Shown in pieces: positions 61,171-64,000 of a stretch of DNA of 64,000 bases. The notes below the pieces were generated by a model. The model was not told the origin of the DNA, made no database searches, and was given only the letters and a program-made list of their open reading frames with translations. The number at the start of each line of letters is the position of its first letter. Position 1 is the first letter of the stretch. Where the stretch lies: contig NC_058383.1 in the NCBI RefSeq assembly GCF_018350175.1, positions 8,496,001 to 8,560,000 on the forward strand, written 5' to 3'. The position numbers were made by a program, and so were the translations under genes. This DNA comes from Felis catus. Lineage: Eukaryota.

Positions 61171-63384
61171 CCCCAGCCCCCCGCCCCCCCACCCCCCACC
61201 CCCCAGCGAGGAGCCAGGGACAGCAGGGGCTTTGCCCCCGCGTCAGGAGCGCGAGGCTCACGGCAACCAGGAGCCTCCTCCATCTGGATGGCAGGCGACC
61301 CCAACTGTAGCTCGTCCTTGAATCACATCTTGTAAAAAATCATTTGCACATTTGAATTCAAAGCCCCTCAAAACAGTATAAACACCACCATTCCGAGTAC
61401 CATAAAAACCACGTTGAGCATTTATGGAAACTAAAACATGTGTATTAACATATGGCAAAAATTTCACTTACTGCATCTTTTTAGCATTGGACTGATGCAT
61501 GAGGCATCTGCGCTAAAAGCGTTTGAATGGAAGCTTCAGAAAAGAGCAGAACGCGAAAAAGGCTGTCGGCAAGGCTGGGCTGTTGGCAGGCTGCAGGGAA
61601 GCCCGAGGACCCGTCCCCGGCGAGGGCCGGGGGGCTTTGGCAGAGAGGCAGGGGGCTGCCCACCAAAGGGCGCGGCGGGCGTGAACATGCAGCCCACCCC
61701 GCTCCCCCGAGCCCCCCCCCTGCCCAGTCGAGGCTCTCCCCCTCCTGCCCCCTCCCCCCTCTTTCTCCTCCCCCATTTCCCTCTCCTCCCACCGCCTCAG
61801 ACGGCAGACGGGTCTCAGGGGAGAGGGCGGTCGGCCTTGGAAACAGGACAGGAAAGCTGTCCCGGGTCTCTTCTCTCACCTCAGGTCCGGGCACCCACGG
61901 ACCCGACGGCGATGGGGGCCCCAGGGCAGGGCTTTCATGAAGTTCGACCCAGAGCCGGGAGCCCCGTGCCTCTTCCAGGTGGCTGCAGTCTCCGTGGCTG
62001 CCCTGTCCCAAAGGCCGGGCGGGAACGTTCCTCTTGTCCAGGGTTCTAAGGCCCACGGGGTCCCGTTCACCAGGCTCAGCCCCTCATGCCGGGCTTTGTT
62101 TCCAGCTATGGCACATGCGGGTCAGAATGCCAAGGCCCCCACACCCCCCAACACGCTGACGGTCCGTCGGGCCTGAACAGCCCCCTCCACACCAGCTCCG
62201 GCCTCACCCTGGCAACGGGGTGGTGGGGGGGCACCCGTAGCAGGCTCGCAGATGGACCTCTGACCTGATTCCTCGGGGTAGCCTGTGGGCAGGGGTGTGA
62301 CGGTCGCTCTGAATTGCTTAGAAAGAAGAAGCCAGCCTTGTACGTATCTCCTGGTCCAGGTTGAGTTAGGGCTTTGATGCGACCATTTGTTAACTTTCTT
62401 CGACTTATTTTGCTACTATGTGTCTCGGAGAAGAGGCCAGGTGAACTTTCAACTTCTCTCTAAGTGGGAGACCGTCTCAAAGAGGGACACAGAGGGCCCG
62501 GCCGGGCAGCCGTGGAGCGTTGTTCGTTGGGGGCTTGGCCGCGGATTTGCGCTCCCAAGTACATGAACGTCAAGCACGGAGGTCCTGGAGCCTGGACACC
62601 AGAACGCCTGCAGATTTGGGCCTGGGCTGGCCCTCTGCCATCTGAGTGCCATCTCTCCTGATCCGAGGGGAGGGTTTAGGGGTGACAGCAACCTGGAGCA
62701 CCATTACCGTTTCACCATGGTGCTAGCCGCCAGGAAAAGCCCTTCCAGTGTGGGCACCAACAGGCCCTTGGGTTTTTTGCCCAGGGCTGAGCACGTCTAC
62801 CTCTCTTTCAGGCGACAAGATCACAGCCCGAGCCGGGGCAGCGTGGGGCAACCGCACCGGCTTGGAACTGGGAGCCTCCGTCGATTCTCCCCGATGGCAG
62901 CTCTCCACGTCCACCCTGCCGACCTGCTCCGCACGGGTGTCCTATTTGTCCACTGATGGGATGGACTGAGGACTTGTGGCAAGACCCCCACAGAGCATGG
63001 AGGTCCGGCCTTCCGGGTCAAGGCGGACATCCGTCCACCGCCCTCCTCCCCGTGAGACAGTCTTTAGCTGCACCCGGATGTGCAGCTTGTAAAGTGCCTT
63101 CATACACACGGCCACAGTTGAGATGCGCCCAACGCGGGAGAATTGAAGTGACCGGCCCAAGGCCGCATTGCTGACGAACCGAGGGGAAGCATCTAGAACT
63201 GCAGACATGGCGCCTGACCCCTTGGCCCATGGGCCCTTCTATCCCCAGGACGACTCCCAGGCAAGAAAGCTTGGCTGTCACCCCGGAAGTCTATCTCCAG
63301 AGAGTGGATCCCCCTTTCTTGCCCAGTGGGTGGTAGCCGGGTGCTTGCTAACTCCTCACCAGAAAGGGGCCTCTCAAGGGGCAG

Positions 63385-63830
63385 ACTAATTGCCGGGGGC
63401 TCCGTCTCTTTAACTATCAGAACCTGATAGGAGACAAAATAATATCTGACTTTCCTTCCTCGCCTTGATAAAGATCAAAGCCCCGAGGGTAATGTCAAAG
63501 ATCCCCGGTGCTTGCCCAGAACGAGAATCCTGGATTTGGAGGTGATGCCCCAGCCCTGGAGGGTCTCTGGTCAGGCAAAAGAGACACAGAGCTTCCCAGC
63601 TCACTTTCCCTTTCTCTCCTATTCGGAGACAGCGAGAGACAAAGCATAAACAGCTATAAGGAGATAAGACGATACCCTCTTGTTACCCTCCTGGTATTCT
63701 GACTTTCGGAGATGGCAGCCCAGGGCTTGCATTGGCAAAGAAAGTGGGGTAATTGATCTCTCTTACGACATCTTTCAGAATGTGCTCCTCCCTGCTTTAA
63801 TTTCAGCCTCAAGGTGTGGACAGGCAGGCG
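63385..63830. promoter_or_regulatory. Candidate GATA/TCF enhancer
   Basis: Inverted GATA pair 63414-63430, TGATAA abutting AGATCAAAG (63466-63480), AGATAA 63662-63667. Confidence 0.35.
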
Positions 63831-64000
63831 GCTCTCCGGAAAAAAAAAAACACAACAACAACAAGAAAAACACACCCTCCCCGTTAACCAGTGTGCAAAA
63901 TGGCTGCTGGCTTTTCTCACACCTACAAGCCAAGAGGGATCCCCGAGATTGTCCGGGGGCCCTTTCATCTGGATCTGTCCCAGCTTCTTTCTGCTGGATG

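Noticed and set aside
1..64000. Assigning a named gene, locus or exact species
   Set aside because: No recognisable exon anchors the window; repeat content supports only a felid-like carnivore.

Overview
Mammalian, GC-rich, apparently non-coding DNA from a feliform carnivore, most likely a felid. About 40 tRNA-derived CAN-SINE (SINEC/SINEC_Fc-like) copies are present, plus a carnivore L1 3' stub. The rest is older eutherian repeat debris (L1M, L2, MIR, MLT1/MLT2/MER21/MER31-like LTRs, MER5/MER33-like DNA elements), microsatellites, one small CpG island (~40.9-41.3 kb) and several short AT-rich, motif-dense blocks that look like developmental enhancers. I recognise no intact protein-coding exon, RNA gene or CRISPR array. 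The ORF track is explained by GC-rich chance ORFs and SINE read-through. I found no convincing novel biological system. The best leads are an unidentified, decayed coding-like segment on the minus strand (~48.2-50.2 kb, a candidate retrocopy), multi-layer nested retrotransposon insertions with readable TSDs, and candidate enhancer blocks in SINE-poor zones. Repeat family names come from recalled consensus sequences and boundaries are approximate; RepeatMasker/Dfam is needed to confirm them.
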